DNA of 64,000 nucleotides, from the NCBI GenBank assembly GCA_043823745.1, contig JBDRAN010000028.1, positions 67,116 to 131,115 on the forward strand. Reading direction: 5' to 3'. The DNA comes from Candidatus Omnitrophota bacterium (GTDB lineage Bacteria; Omnitrophota; Gorgyraeia; Duberdicusellales; 4484-171). How positions within the stretch are numbered: the stretch's first letter is position 1; each line of letters begins with the position of its first letter. Below the pieces are notes generated by a model. That model searched no databases, was not told the DNA's origin, and worked only from the letters and a program-made list of their open reading frames with translations. The position numbers and the translations under genes are program-made. Below are positions 29,485 to 38,625 of this stretch, piece after piece.

Positions 29485-30213
29485 ATGAAAGTGTTATTAT
29501 TAGCTGCCGGCCGCGGAAAGAGATTAGGAAAAGTATCAGAGGGGATCAATAAGTGTTTGTTGCTGGTTCAGAACAAGCCGCTGATTGAGTATAGTCTTGA
29601 TGCGGTCGCGGCGCTCGCCGCCGTTAGCGAGATCGTGATTGTCGTGGGCTATAAGGCCCAAGATATTATCGCTCGCTACGGGAGCGCGTATCGTGGAAAG
29701 CCGATCGTGTATGTCCGCCAAGGCGAGCAGCATGGCCTGGTGCATGCCATTGAATGTGCAAAATTGGCGTTGGGTGCAAGTGACTTTATGTTGATGCTGG
29801 GTGATGAGTTTATGGTAAATGCCCGGCATGCTGAGTTCATCGAAGCATTTGGCCGGGAGCGCGCGTTTGCGCTCTGTGGCGTGGTCTCGGTAGCCGATAA
29901 AAGTCTTATTTCAAAAACCTATTCGGTTCTAGAGCTTCCCGACGGACGCATCGTGCGGCTGATTGAAAAGCCGGCGAAGCCCCTGAATAATATTATGGGA
30001 ACCGGCAATTGTATTTTTAAGAACGAAATCCTTTCGTATATCAACCGTACGCCGATCAACCAAAGCCGGCAGGAAAAAGAATTGCCGGATTTAATTCAGT
30101 GTGCGGTTGATGACGGTCATATGGTGAAGACATTTTCCATTTGTACCGAATATATTAATGTTAATTCTCAAGAAGAGCTCAATAAAACGACTAGTTATTT
30201 TGCGCATCTTTAG
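29485..30213 (+). CDS. Sugar-phosphate nucleotidyltransferase
   Basis: LAAGRGKRL...NKCLL, MLGD and LIEKP. Confidence 0.9.
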   Translation: MKVLLLAAGRGKRLGKVSEGINKCLLLVQNKPLIEYSLDAVAALAAVSEIVIVVGYKAQDIIARYGSAYRGKPIVYVRQGEQHGLVHAIECAKLALGASDFMLMLGDEFMVNARHAEFIEAFGRERAFALCGVVSVADKSLISKTYSVLELPDGRIVRLIEKPAKPLNNIMGTGNCIFKNEILSYINRTPINQSRQEKELPDLIQCAVDDGHMVKTFSICTEYINVNSQEELNKTTSYFAHL

Positions 30214-30214
30214 A

Positions 30215-30348
30215 AAGACATCCTATAGCAATCAGGATGTCTTGATTGCAGCGATTAGGGGATGATTACAGAGATTATTTAGGGAGAGTTTCATGGGTAC
30301 CATCAAGACGCCCGTAATCTGTGTAATCAGTTTTAAATCATTGGAATC
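30215..30348. repeat. Hairpin plus inverted GATTACAGAGATT/AATCTGTGTAATC units
   Basis: Stem aagacatcct/aggatgtctt; two gatt..gatt units face two aatc..aatc units. Confidence 0.75.
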
Positions 30349-30391
30349 GAGTATAATATGTTATATCTGAAAATTACACTAGGAGTCTTAA

Positions 30392-31663
30392 ATGAACGAA
30401 AAAAAACATCCGTTTAAGAAATGGCTGGCATTGTTACCGGGAGGAGTTTTTACCACTTCCAACGTTTTCGGCGCGGGGTATCTGTTTGCCATGGCCTGGC
30501 GTATGGCTAAAAGCTATACCAAAACGTTTTTTTATCTGTTGTTTACCAGGCCGCCTGTCGCTGCCTACAATTTTTTCTATACGAAATTTTTTGTTCCGGT
30601 GGGCGAAGGCGCCGGCGCAGCGTTCTATGTTTTTTTTAACCCGCTTATACGTAAATTCCCGCGGCTGGCGCCTCTTCCGCAGTATGTCGAGATCGAAGTA
30701 ACCACGATTTGTCCGCGCAAATGCATTATGTGCGAGCATACCTATTGGCTTGATCAGGAGGAGCGGCATCTTTCGTTTGATGAGTTTAAGCATATCGTGG
30801 GGCAATTTCCCAAGTTGCGCTGGCTGCATCTGACCGGCGAGGGCTCAGCCTTTACTAATCCCGATTATCCGAAAATGCTTGAGTACGCCAAAAGCAAAAA
30901 CATTTGTGTGTATCTGGTTGACTCGCTTGATCACATTCCTGAATCGGCGCTTGAGAAGTTGATCGATCTTAAAATTGAAGGTATTTATATTTCGCTTGAT
31001 GCTGCGACAAAAGACGTGTACGAGAAGATACGGGTCGGCTGTGACTTTGATCGGGTCCTGGGCAATATCAGAAAATTTATCGCGCTTAAAGAAAAAAAGA
31101 AGTCACTGCTTCCCGAAATAAGTTTCCGTTATATCGTGATGAAACATAACGTGCACCAGATGCCGGCGTTTCTCGATTTGGTTAATTCTTTCGGCTCGCG
31201 TAAACTATTAGGTGAAGGAGGAAGGGTTGACTTTGTCGGTAATCTCGAGTTTCCCCAGGTAAAAGATTTAAGCGTGTATGAGCTTACCGACGATATCCTT
31301 AAGGGTGTTATCGAGAAGACCAAGCAGTATGGGCTGAATACCTTTTTAAGCCACACCGAAATAAAACGCAATCCGCCGATCGAGCAATGTATTTGCTGGC
31401 TTGAGCCCTATATCACCATGGGCGGCAATGTTATACCCTGCTGTAATATTTTGATGTCTAATGCGCGCACGGCCTTGCGGGAGCATAGCTTCGGTAATAT
31501 TTTCCAGCAGAACATCAAAGAGATCTGGAATTCTCCGCGCTTTAGGGAATTCAGGGATTCGGTCAACAAGCGCGATTGCAAAGTTCCGTTTCTCTGCACG
31601 CTTTGCCGCGGATATGATTTTAAAGAGCGTAGCGCCAAGCACGGCGTTAATCAGAATTTGTAG
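30392..31663 (+). CDS. Radical SAM/SPASM protein
   Basis: CPRKCIMC; SPASM-type C...GNVIPCC...CTLC. Confidence 0.9.
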   Translation: MNEKKHPFKKWLALLPGGVFTTSNVFGAGYLFAMAWRMAKSYTKTFFYLLFTRPPVAAYNFFYTKFFVPVGEGAGAAFYVFFNPLIRKFPRLAPLPQYVEIEVTTICPRKCIMCEHTYWLDQEERHLSFDEFKHIVGQFPKLRWLHLTGEGSAFTNPDYPKMLEYAKSKNICVYLVDSLDHIPESALEKLIDLKIEGIYISLDAATKDVYEKIRVGCDFDRVLGNIRKFIALKEKKKSLLPEISFRYIVMKHNVHQMPAFLDLVNSFGSRKLLGEGGRVDFVGNLEFPQVKDLSVYELTDDILKGVIEKTKQYGLNTFLSHTEIKRNPPIEQCICWLEPYITMGGNVIPCCNILMSNARTALREHSFGNIFQQNIKEIWNSPRFREFRDSVNKRDCKVPFLCTLCRGYDFKERSAKHGVNQNL

Positions 31664-33071
31664 GTTTCTTTATCCCCCGCAGTTTGGCTTTCGTAACCAG
31701 CCACGCTTCCTGCGCCATATAGCGGCCAAGCGTAAGATTCATGTTGCCCACAATCTCTTTGCAAAAATTTAACAGATAGTAAGTTTTTCCGTACACTGCG
31801 CGCCGCATGAATTCTCTGCGCTGCGCGAGGTCTGCGAAACTCCGCGTCCAGGGGAGCTTTATCCAGGGGATAAAGGAAGCAGTTGTGTTCCAGTCTCCAA
31901 TCAGGGTTTTATCTTGGCGCGCGTGCTCATAGATAGCGGTACCCGGATAAGGAACAAGGATGTTGATGTTGGCGGTTGTGGGTTTTAGCGCGGTTACTGC
32001 GGAGATAGTTTGACGTATCGATTCGTCGGTTTCCCCGGGAAACCCGATGATCCAGCCGGTGTTTAATTTAATTCCTGCATCAAGCACTATCCGGCCCGCG
32101 TCGATATTTGCTTTGACATTCGTCCCTTTCGCCATACGGTCAAGAATATTTTGTGAGCCCGACTCCATGCCTAGTGAAATAAGGTATGTTCCTGCTTGCC
32201 GGGCGCTTGCAACCAGTTCCCGGTCAATCGAGCCGGTCCGGCTTTTAAACCTGAACCTGATACGCAAGCCTTCTTTTTTTAATAACTCAAAAATACGCAT
32301 GGCTCGCTCGCGGTCGAAGGTGAAATTAGCATCAGAGACATCAAAAAGGCGTATTCCCTGTTTGTAGCGCGAATGGATCTCTGCTACGACGTTTTCCGCG
32401 CTGCGCGCGCGGTACGCGGTTGTGGTATTAGAGCAGAAGCGGCAGGTAAAGGGGCAGCCGCGGCTGGTGACAATAGTTTCTACGGGCCGCTCGCGCGTAA
32501 TGACGATATAATATTTTTTTTGCTCGTATTCACGCGCAAGGAGCTCGCGCGCCGGCAGAAGAAAGTCGTCGAGGGATGTGGTGTTTGTGCGTGCGGCGTT
32601 CTCGCGGATGAAGGCGGCCTGGCGCCAAAGCAGTCCGGGGACTCCTGAGATGTCACCACCGGGCAGTTTGTTGCAAAAGAGGCTGAAACTTTCCTCCGCT
32701 TCCGCCTTGAAAAGATAGTCGATTTCAGGACATTCAGCCAAGAGCGCTTGTCCTTTCGCGTGCGCGTGCGGGCCGCCGACAACCAGAATTATTTTGGGGA
32801 ACGCCGCTTTTATTCGTTTAATGAGCGCATAGGTAGGGATAAAAATTTCAGAGAAAAGCCCGATGCCGACGATATCGCAGCGGGCTTCGCGCAGTTTCTT
32901 GATGATGGCGGTATCGGTGAGATTGTGCGCGGCCGCATCAATGATGCGCACCGCGTGTTTATCGCGTTGTGCATACGCTGCCAGATAGAGGAGGCCTATC
33001 GGCGCAAAGCATTTTTGTGCTATTGCGCTGCCGCGTTCCTTGCCTCGGGGGTTTATCAGCGTAACATTCAT
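31647..33071 (-). CDS. B12-binding radical SAM protein
   Basis: PIGLLYLAA, GGPHA, SRGCPFTCRFC and GMESGS. Confidence 0.9.
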   Translation of the reverse strand: MNVTLINPRGKERGSAIAQKCFAPIGLLYLAAYAQRDKHAVRIIDAAAHNLTDTAIIKKLREARCDIVGIGLFSEIFIPTYALIKRIKAAFPKIILVVGGPHAHAKGQALLAECPEIDYLFKAEAEESFSLFCNKLPGGDISGVPGLLWRQAAFIRENAARTNTTSLDDFLLPARELLAREYEQKKYYIVITRERPVETIVTSRGCPFTCRFCSNTTTAYRARSAENVVAEIHSRYKQGIRLFDVSDANFTFDRERAMRIFELLKKEGLRIRFRFKSRTGSIDRELVASARQAGTYLISLGMESGSQNILDRMAKGTNVKANIDAGRIVLDAGIKLNTGWIIGFPGETDESIRQTISAVTALKPTTANINILVPYPGTAIYEHARQDKTLIGDWNTTASFIPWIKLPWTRSFADLAQRREFMRRAVYGKTYYLLNFCKEIVGNMNLTLGRYMAQEAWLVTKAKLRGIKKPTNSD

Positions 33072-34030
33072 TGTGGTTTATCCTTATGCGTGCGTGTCAC
33101 GCTGCTTAAGCCGCGGATAAAAGGAAATAAAAAAATAAGGCCAAAGATAACCGGTAAGAGATGCTCAACGAGCGAGACCAGTATTCCTGCGCTCATGAGC
33201 GTGGCAGCCGGGGCATACGCGGCGAATAAGAATATCATCAATCCTTCGCGTGTTCCCATACCGAGGATTGTCATCGGAAGAGCGCCGGCCAGCATGACGA
33301 AGGGAATAAAAACAAGAATTTGAGAAAAAGGAACGAAACATCCTACAGCGGTCATGAGGAGGTAGGTATTCAGAAATTCTGAAGATTGATAGACCAGCGA
33401 ATATCCGGCAAGTATTGCTTTTTCTTTTGCGGGTATTTCGCGCATGCCACTGGCTAACTCTTCGACGTGGCGTGTGTATCGGGGCAGCAAGCATTTGACG
33501 TAACGCACAAGGATGTCATAGGGGCGCGTAAAGAATATGAGCGCGGCCATGCCCAGGAGCGCTATGAAAGGAATGAGCTTTGGCATCGGTAAGGGCGCGA
33601 TGATCGTGCCGACAAGCATTATTCCGGCAAGCGTTAAGAGATTTAAGGCTTTATCGAGAACCAGGGAATGCGCTGCGCGGGCAACTGAGATATTCTTGCG
33701 TCGCGCCAGGTACGCGATCTTTAGGATCTCATGTGTTTTGAGGGGTAAGATAAGTTTCAACGGAAGGCAGCCGCTGCGGATCATCAGCGTTTCTTTAAAA
33801 GAGACCGTGCAGCCAAGGGCTGCAATGATCCTTTTCCACTTCGCGGTTCCCAGGAAAATATTTATTCCCAGGGAAATCAGGCAGCTTATAATCAGGGTCT
33901 CGCGCCGCGCCGCGCGAATAGTGTGTATGACGGCGCGGACATCGACTGCGCGCAGGAGCGCTGCGATAATAAGCGTTGATACGGCAACGCTCGCGGTCGT
34001 TATCAGGAAATTTTTTGTTTGAGCAGTCAT
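33068..34030 (-). CDS. Lysylphosphatidylglycerol-synthase TM / UPF0104 flippase-like membrane protein
   Basis: About 8 TM helices; LPMTILGMGTREG motif. Confidence 0.8.
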   Translation of the reverse strand: MTAQTKNFLITTASVAVSTLIIAALLRAVDVRAVIHTIRAARRETLIISCLISLGINIFLGTAKWKRIIAALGCTVSFKETLMIRSGCLPLKLILPLKTHEILKIAYLARRKNISVARAAHSLVLDKALNLLTLAGIMLVGTIIAPLPMPKLIPFIALLGMAALIFFTRPYDILVRYVKCLLPRYTRHVEELASGMREIPAKEKAILAGYSLVYQSSEFLNTYLLMTAVGCFVPFSQILVFIPFVMLAGALPMTILGMGTREGLMIFLFAAYAPAATLMSAGILVSLVEHLLPVIFGLIFLFPFIRGLSSVTRTHKDKPQ

Positions 34031-34031
34031 G

Positions 34032-35027
34032 TTATAGCAAAAATGAACGCGCGTAATCAAGCGCGGTTTGTATATCGGCGGTTAAGATCCTGTTTATCTC
34101 GATGCGCGATGCGCACCAGCAGTTCGGACAGTTTGTCTCGCTCAAATTTTCAAACGCTGCTCGTACGCCGTCGCGGATGCAATTGCCGGGTTTGGCCGGA
34201 ATTTTTTTTCGGCTGCAATTGAGCATGTCACCGTCCGGCTCAATCCGGCAGGTGAGGCGGCCGCTTGCACAGCGCAACGTTGATGCCTGGGGCCAGAGGC
34301 GCAGGTGTTTGAGCGCCGCACGCGAATTGCCGACTGAGGGATTTTTTTTCTTCTTCTGTTCAATGAGATAATCAATTGCCTGGTGTATTTGAGTGGTTGA
34401 AGGCGCTAGCATATGCGCATACGTACTTCCCAGCGCTATTTTCTCGACGGGTTGAACATAGACTTTTGCGTGGTAGCTTTGCGCAGCAGCAAGCACTGAG
34501 TCAAGATGCTTGCAGTTATGCTTGGTAAGAACGGTATAAAACGCGCACCGGATACCCCGGTTGGTTGCCGCGCTTATCGCTCCCATCACTTCATCCCATG
34601 ACCCTTGGCCGCGGATAGCATCATGGACTTCCCGAGGACCTTCGAGGCTTAGGTATAGGATATCAAGGTTTTTGAGCGCTTCTATTTTCTCTTTTACCAG
34701 CGCGCCGTTTGAGTTAAGTTTTACTTTGATGTTTTGATTGTGAGCGTGGGTTATGATTTCTTCGATATCGTCCCGCAGCAGGGGTTCTCCGCCGGTGAAA
34801 GAAATCATCATCGTCCCCATTTTTTTAAGGTCATCAATAACCGTTAGCACTTCTTTCCTGGTCAGTTCAGCGTTTTTTTTATCCCAGAGCCGGCAGTAGA
34901 GGCAGTGCCGGTTACAGTGGTAGGTAAGCGCCCAGCCGACCGCCAGCGGAAATTTCTTCATAAAGGCTTTTGCTTTAATGATGGCGGCTGCTCCCGCGGT
35001 AATCGTTTTTATTTTTTTTATGTTCAT
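34032..35027 (-). CDS. Radical SAM protein (twitch/SPASM-type)
   Basis: CNRHCLYC, FTGGEPLLR, CASGR...CS...CPNCWC. Confidence 0.9.
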   Translation of the reverse strand: MNIKKIKTITAGAAAIIKAKAFMKKFPLAVGWALTYHCNRHCLYCRLWDKKNAELTRKEVLTVIDDLKKMGTMMISFTGGEPLLRDDIEEIITHAHNQNIKVKLNSNGALVKEKIEALKNLDILYLSLEGPREVHDAIRGQGSWDEVMGAISAATNRGIRCAFYTVLTKHNCKHLDSVLAAAQSYHAKVYVQPVEKIALGSTYAHMLAPSTTQIHQAIDYLIEQKKKKNPSVGNSRAALKHLRLWPQASTLRCASGRLTCRIEPDGDMLNCSRKKIPAKPGNCIRDGVRAAFENLSETNCPNCWCASRIEINRILTADIQTALDYARSFLL

Positions 35028-37147
35028 TAGTTTTTAACTCTTTTTGTCGCCTGGATACAAATGTGCCGTAACGGCGTACGACGAAAGGGGATGCCGATTT
35101 CGGCGTCAAAAGGCGTCATGAGCGCGCCCCCGGTGTCAAGGGAATGCGTTTCTATATCGGTAAAGCCATTCTCATGAAGCGCTGCGTTGATCGTTGCATG
35201 AGAAAAAAAGTGTACCATTGGTTTTTGAGCCACGCGCGCCAGTTGCGTCAATATTCCATGAAACATAAAGGTAAGCATTTCAAGCTCGTGGGGGCAGACT
35301 GCTTCGATAATGAATATCTTTCCGGCGTTTCGGAGCACTCGCTGCGCTTCATCGAGCGTGGCGCTCAAATTGTGCCTGGTCGATGCGGCAGTGTCGCCGG
35401 CTATATGGTGTAGCGTATGTAAGAGGAGGGCGTGATCGAACGTGTTGTTGCGTAGGCCAAGATTTTCGCTTTTTGTTGCCAGCGCCAGGGCGGCCGAGGC
35501 GTGTCTTTTAAGCGACTCAGGGGATGTATCGGCGCATACCAGCATCGAGATGGCATGGGTGCGGTAATCGGTGGTTGTTCCTGCGCCGATATCAAGAACG
35601 TTCCCAAAAAGTTTTCCCTCGAGGGCCTTGAGCGTGGCGGCTATGAGCGGCGCCTGAAGCCGGACTCTTGTTTCCTTAAGGCGGTCTGCCCGGCTATCAA
35701 AATACTCTCTCGTGCTTATGGGCCCTGCCAAGAATATTCTTTTGAGCGCGTTCGTTATAGCGCGTGGGTAGTATCGGGCGTAAATATAAAAACGCCTATC
35801 GTGCTGCTTGAGCGCTTGAAGAGCCATGGCAATAACGGTAAAAGGGCGCGGGATAAAGCGAAACAGGCCTACGAGTCTGCCCCGGATAATAAAGCGGTTT
35901 AGGGGCCGCGGTATCAGGGGAAGCATCTTGAAATAATTTTGAAATGATCTATTGACCCGGCGCATCCGGCCCTCACCCGGCACCCCGGAAAAAAAATCAT
36001 TGTCCGGGCCGTCAGGGCTTTTTGCTTCAGAAGGAGCCTTGCTATAGAGCGCGGAACCCGGATACACGGTAAGGTTATGGCACTTAATACGGTTTAAGCC
36101 GCGCAGCTGAGTGTAGTGTTGGGCTGCCTGTAGCAGGTCATCTTCGGTTTCGCCCGGGATACCAAAGAGATGATCGATGTCATAGGAAATCCCAAGGCGT
36201 TCGCAGAGCGCAAACGCTTCAAGGAGTGTCCGCGTGCCTTCCGGTCTATGGAGCACTTCTTTTTTGAGACGCTCGTTGAAGGTTTGGACTCCAAATTCGA
36301 CGCAGTAACAGTTACTCTCTTTGAGGAGGTGCGCCGTGTCTTGGGTAAAGGTGTCGGCCTTGGCAAAACACTTATAAGGAATACCTATGTTTTCCCGGTA
36401 GAGGGCAAGATAGCGCGCAAGCCAGGCGGGGTCGGCAGTAAACACCGCATCTTTATAAATAATTTCTCGTGGTTTAAAGTTGGCGCGCGCCCGGATTAAC
36501 TCAGCAATAACCGTTTCGGGGCTCCTGCGGCGGATATACGCTTGTCCGAAATTCTCTTTACGCAGGGTTTCCTGGCAATATGCGCACGCTGCCGCGCATC
36601 CTTTACCGGTATAGATGAGGTAGCTGTCGCTAAAATTAACAAAGCGGCTAAAGAGTGTTTTATCCGGTGCCGGCAGCGCGTCTAAGTCTGCCAGCTCCTC
36701 GAAACGATAGATATCTTTTTTTGAAGTGAAGATCCTGTCGTCAAAGAAACGCGTTGCAGCGTATTCAGGCTCTCCGGCAAGAATGTAATCATAGACCGTC
36801 TCGCCCGGTATCACGCGCGCATCCGTAAAAAGTATGGTGGGCATTTTCGGGCGCTCTTCTTTAAGCGAAGCCGCAAGACGTTTGTTCCATTGTCTGCGGG
36901 TTGCGCCATCAAGAAAGATCGCGGCGTCCGGGTTTTGGGAGATGATCTCGCGGAGCGTTTTCTTTTCGTCTGCGAAGATCCGGGCAAATCGCGGTAGCGA
37001 GATGATATTGTCGCTCGTGCCGAAAATATCTTGATCGTATACGAGGCCTGCGCGATGACCTCTTGCGCGCGCGATGGCAGAGAGGTATTCAAGCGAGATG
37101 CTATCGTAAACATGGTAGCGATTTTTATAGGCGAATACAAGTTTCAT
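35027..37147 (-). CDS. B12-binding-type radical SAM fused to a C-terminal class I methyltransferase
   Basis: KGCAAACAYC, FGVQT and GIPGET; C-terminal VLDIGAG...LHTLHH. Confidence 0.82.
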   Translation of the reverse strand: MKLVFAYKNRYHVYDSISLEYLSAIARARGHRAGLVYDQDIFGTSDNIISLPRFARIFADEKKTLREIISQNPDAAIFLDGATRRQWNKRLAASLKEERPKMPTILFTDARVIPGETVYDYILAGEPEYAATRFFDDRIFTSKKDIYRFEELADLDALPAPDKTLFSRFVNFSDSYLIYTGKGCAAACAYCQETLRKENFGQAYIRRRSPETVIAELIRARANFKPREIIYKDAVFTADPAWLARYLALYRENIGIPYKCFAKADTFTQDTAHLLKESNCYCVEFGVQTFNERLKKEVLHRPEGTRTLLEAFALCERLGISYDIDHLFGIPGETEDDLLQAAQHYTQLRGLNRIKCHNLTVYPGSALYSKAPSEAKSPDGPDNDFFSGVPGEGRMRRVNRSFQNYFKMLPLIPRPLNRFIIRGRLVGLFRFIPRPFTVIAMALQALKQHDRRFYIYARYYPRAITNALKRIFLAGPISTREYFDSRADRLKETRVRLQAPLIAATLKALEGKLFGNVLDIGAGTTTDYRTHAISMLVCADTSPESLKRHASAALALATKSENLGLRNNTFDHALLLHTLHHIAGDTAASTRHNLSATLDEAQRVLRNAGKIFIIEAVCPHELEMLTFMFHGILTQLARVAQKPMVHFFSHATINAALHENGFTDIETHSLDTGGALMTPFDAEIGIPFRRTPLRHICIQATKRVKN

Positions 37148-38625
37148 ATTAGTTTTTCGGCTTTCACGTGATCGTTGATCCGCCGGCGCTCCTCGTGGTA
37201 CGCAACAAACCGGTCGTCGCGCGTCGAGGTGTTTTCCTGGCCCAAGAGCATTCCAAGGTAGGCGGAGAGTTTTCGTTTAAACTCAGGGAGCGAACGCACC
37301 GCCAGAGCGGATTTTAATAGAAATGAGGGCCGGGAATGAAAACGTACATACGCCCATTTTGTGAGCCGGTCGATCTGCTCGTTGGTTAGCTGCGTCCAGG
37401 GCCGTTCCAGGACGCGGTCAACTTCATTGCCGAGCACCCATTCTTTCCAGAAATCTTGTCCGGTTTGCTCGACGAGATTTTCCCAGAGCGGCGTACGTGG
37501 TTTAGCCAGGCATTTTGAGAATTGCACATAATCAAGATCTAGTTTTTCGGCAAAGGCGACGGTTTGTCGCACGGTCTGTACGGTTTCGCCCGGCGCTCCG
37601 ACGAGAAAGAAACCGAGGGCTTTTATGCCCAGGGCCTTGGTTGCGGCGATGGTGTCTTGTATCTGCGCGAGCGTGATCCCTTTGGCCACGGTATCAAGAA
37701 TTTTCTGTGAGCCCGACTCGATGCCGTAGTAGATCCTTCCGCACCCGGCTTGACTCATTTCGCGCAGGAGCTGAGCATCTATGTCTATTCGCGAGCGGCA
37801 GGCCCAGAGGATATCGAGGTTGCGTTCCCTCATGAGACGGCAAATCGCGATTGTCCGGCTTTTGTCGGCAGTAAAGTCGTAGTCAAAAATATCGATTTCC
37901 CGGACCCCGTAACGGTGGTAGCATTCAGTCATCTCATCGACGACGGTCAGGGGTGAGCGCGGGTTGTAGGCTGTTCTGCCTGCTTCACAGAAAAAACATC
38001 CCCGGGGGCAGCCAAGGCTGGTTACCATGACCGTGAAGTTTTTACGCTCCGTGGGAAACTCGGCGTAGAGATCATTGGGTAACAAGTCCCGCGCAGGAGC
38101 GGGGAATTGCTCAAAGGAAACTTCCCGGGGAGGATTAAGCCGTATCTGCCCGGCTTCCTTGTAGACCAGTCCGACTACCTCGCTGAGTTTTCGTTTTCCC
38201 TGGAGCGCCTCCAGGAGTTGCGGCACGGTTTCCAGAGCATGTTCGATAACGCCATAGTCTATTTCAGGATGGCTGATGGATTCTTTCGGATAGACACGCA
38301 GGTTGTAGCCGCCGATCACCACCGGGACATCGCATTCTTTCTTAAGGATTCGTATCCATTCCAGCGTATCGCGGAACATGTAGGTGGTCATCATGAAGCC
38401 CATAATATCCGGCTTAAACGCGCGTAGGCGTTCCGCTACCTGCTGTGGAGAGAGGCGTAACGTGCGCGCGTCAATGAGCGTTACATCGTGACCGGCGTCC
38501 CGGGCGATTGAAGCGACCCATGCCAGGCTTAAAGGGGGGAACATCCCGAAGTATTTTTGCACTATGCGTAAATTCTCTTCATGGATTTTGTACTTAAAAG
38601 GGGTAAATATGAGCGCGAGCCTCAT
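37144..38625 (-). CDS. B12-binding radical SAM protein
   Basis: PPLSLAW, SLGCPRGCFFC, GIESGS and GAPGET. Confidence 0.9.
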   Translation of the reverse strand: MRLALIFTPFKYKIHEENLRIVQKYFGMFPPLSLAWVASIARDAGHDVTLIDARTLRLSPQQVAERLRAFKPDIMGFMMTTYMFRDTLEWIRILKKECDVPVVIGGYNLRVYPKESISHPEIDYGVIEHALETVPQLLEALQGKRKLSEVVGLVYKEAGQIRLNPPREVSFEQFPAPARDLLPNDLYAEFPTERKNFTVMVTSLGCPRGCFFCEAGRTAYNPRSPLTVVDEMTECYHRYGVREIDIFDYDFTADKSRTIAICRLMRERNLDILWACRSRIDIDAQLLREMSQAGCGRIYYGIESGSQKILDTVAKGITLAQIQDTIAATKALGIKALGFFLVGAPGETVQTVRQTVAFAEKLDLDYVQFSKCLAKPRTPLWENLVEQTGQDFWKEWVLGNEVDRVLERPWTQLTNEQIDRLTKWAYVRFHSRPSFLLKSALAVRSLPEFKRKLSAYLGMLLGQENTSTRDDRFVAYHEERRRINDHVKAEKLI

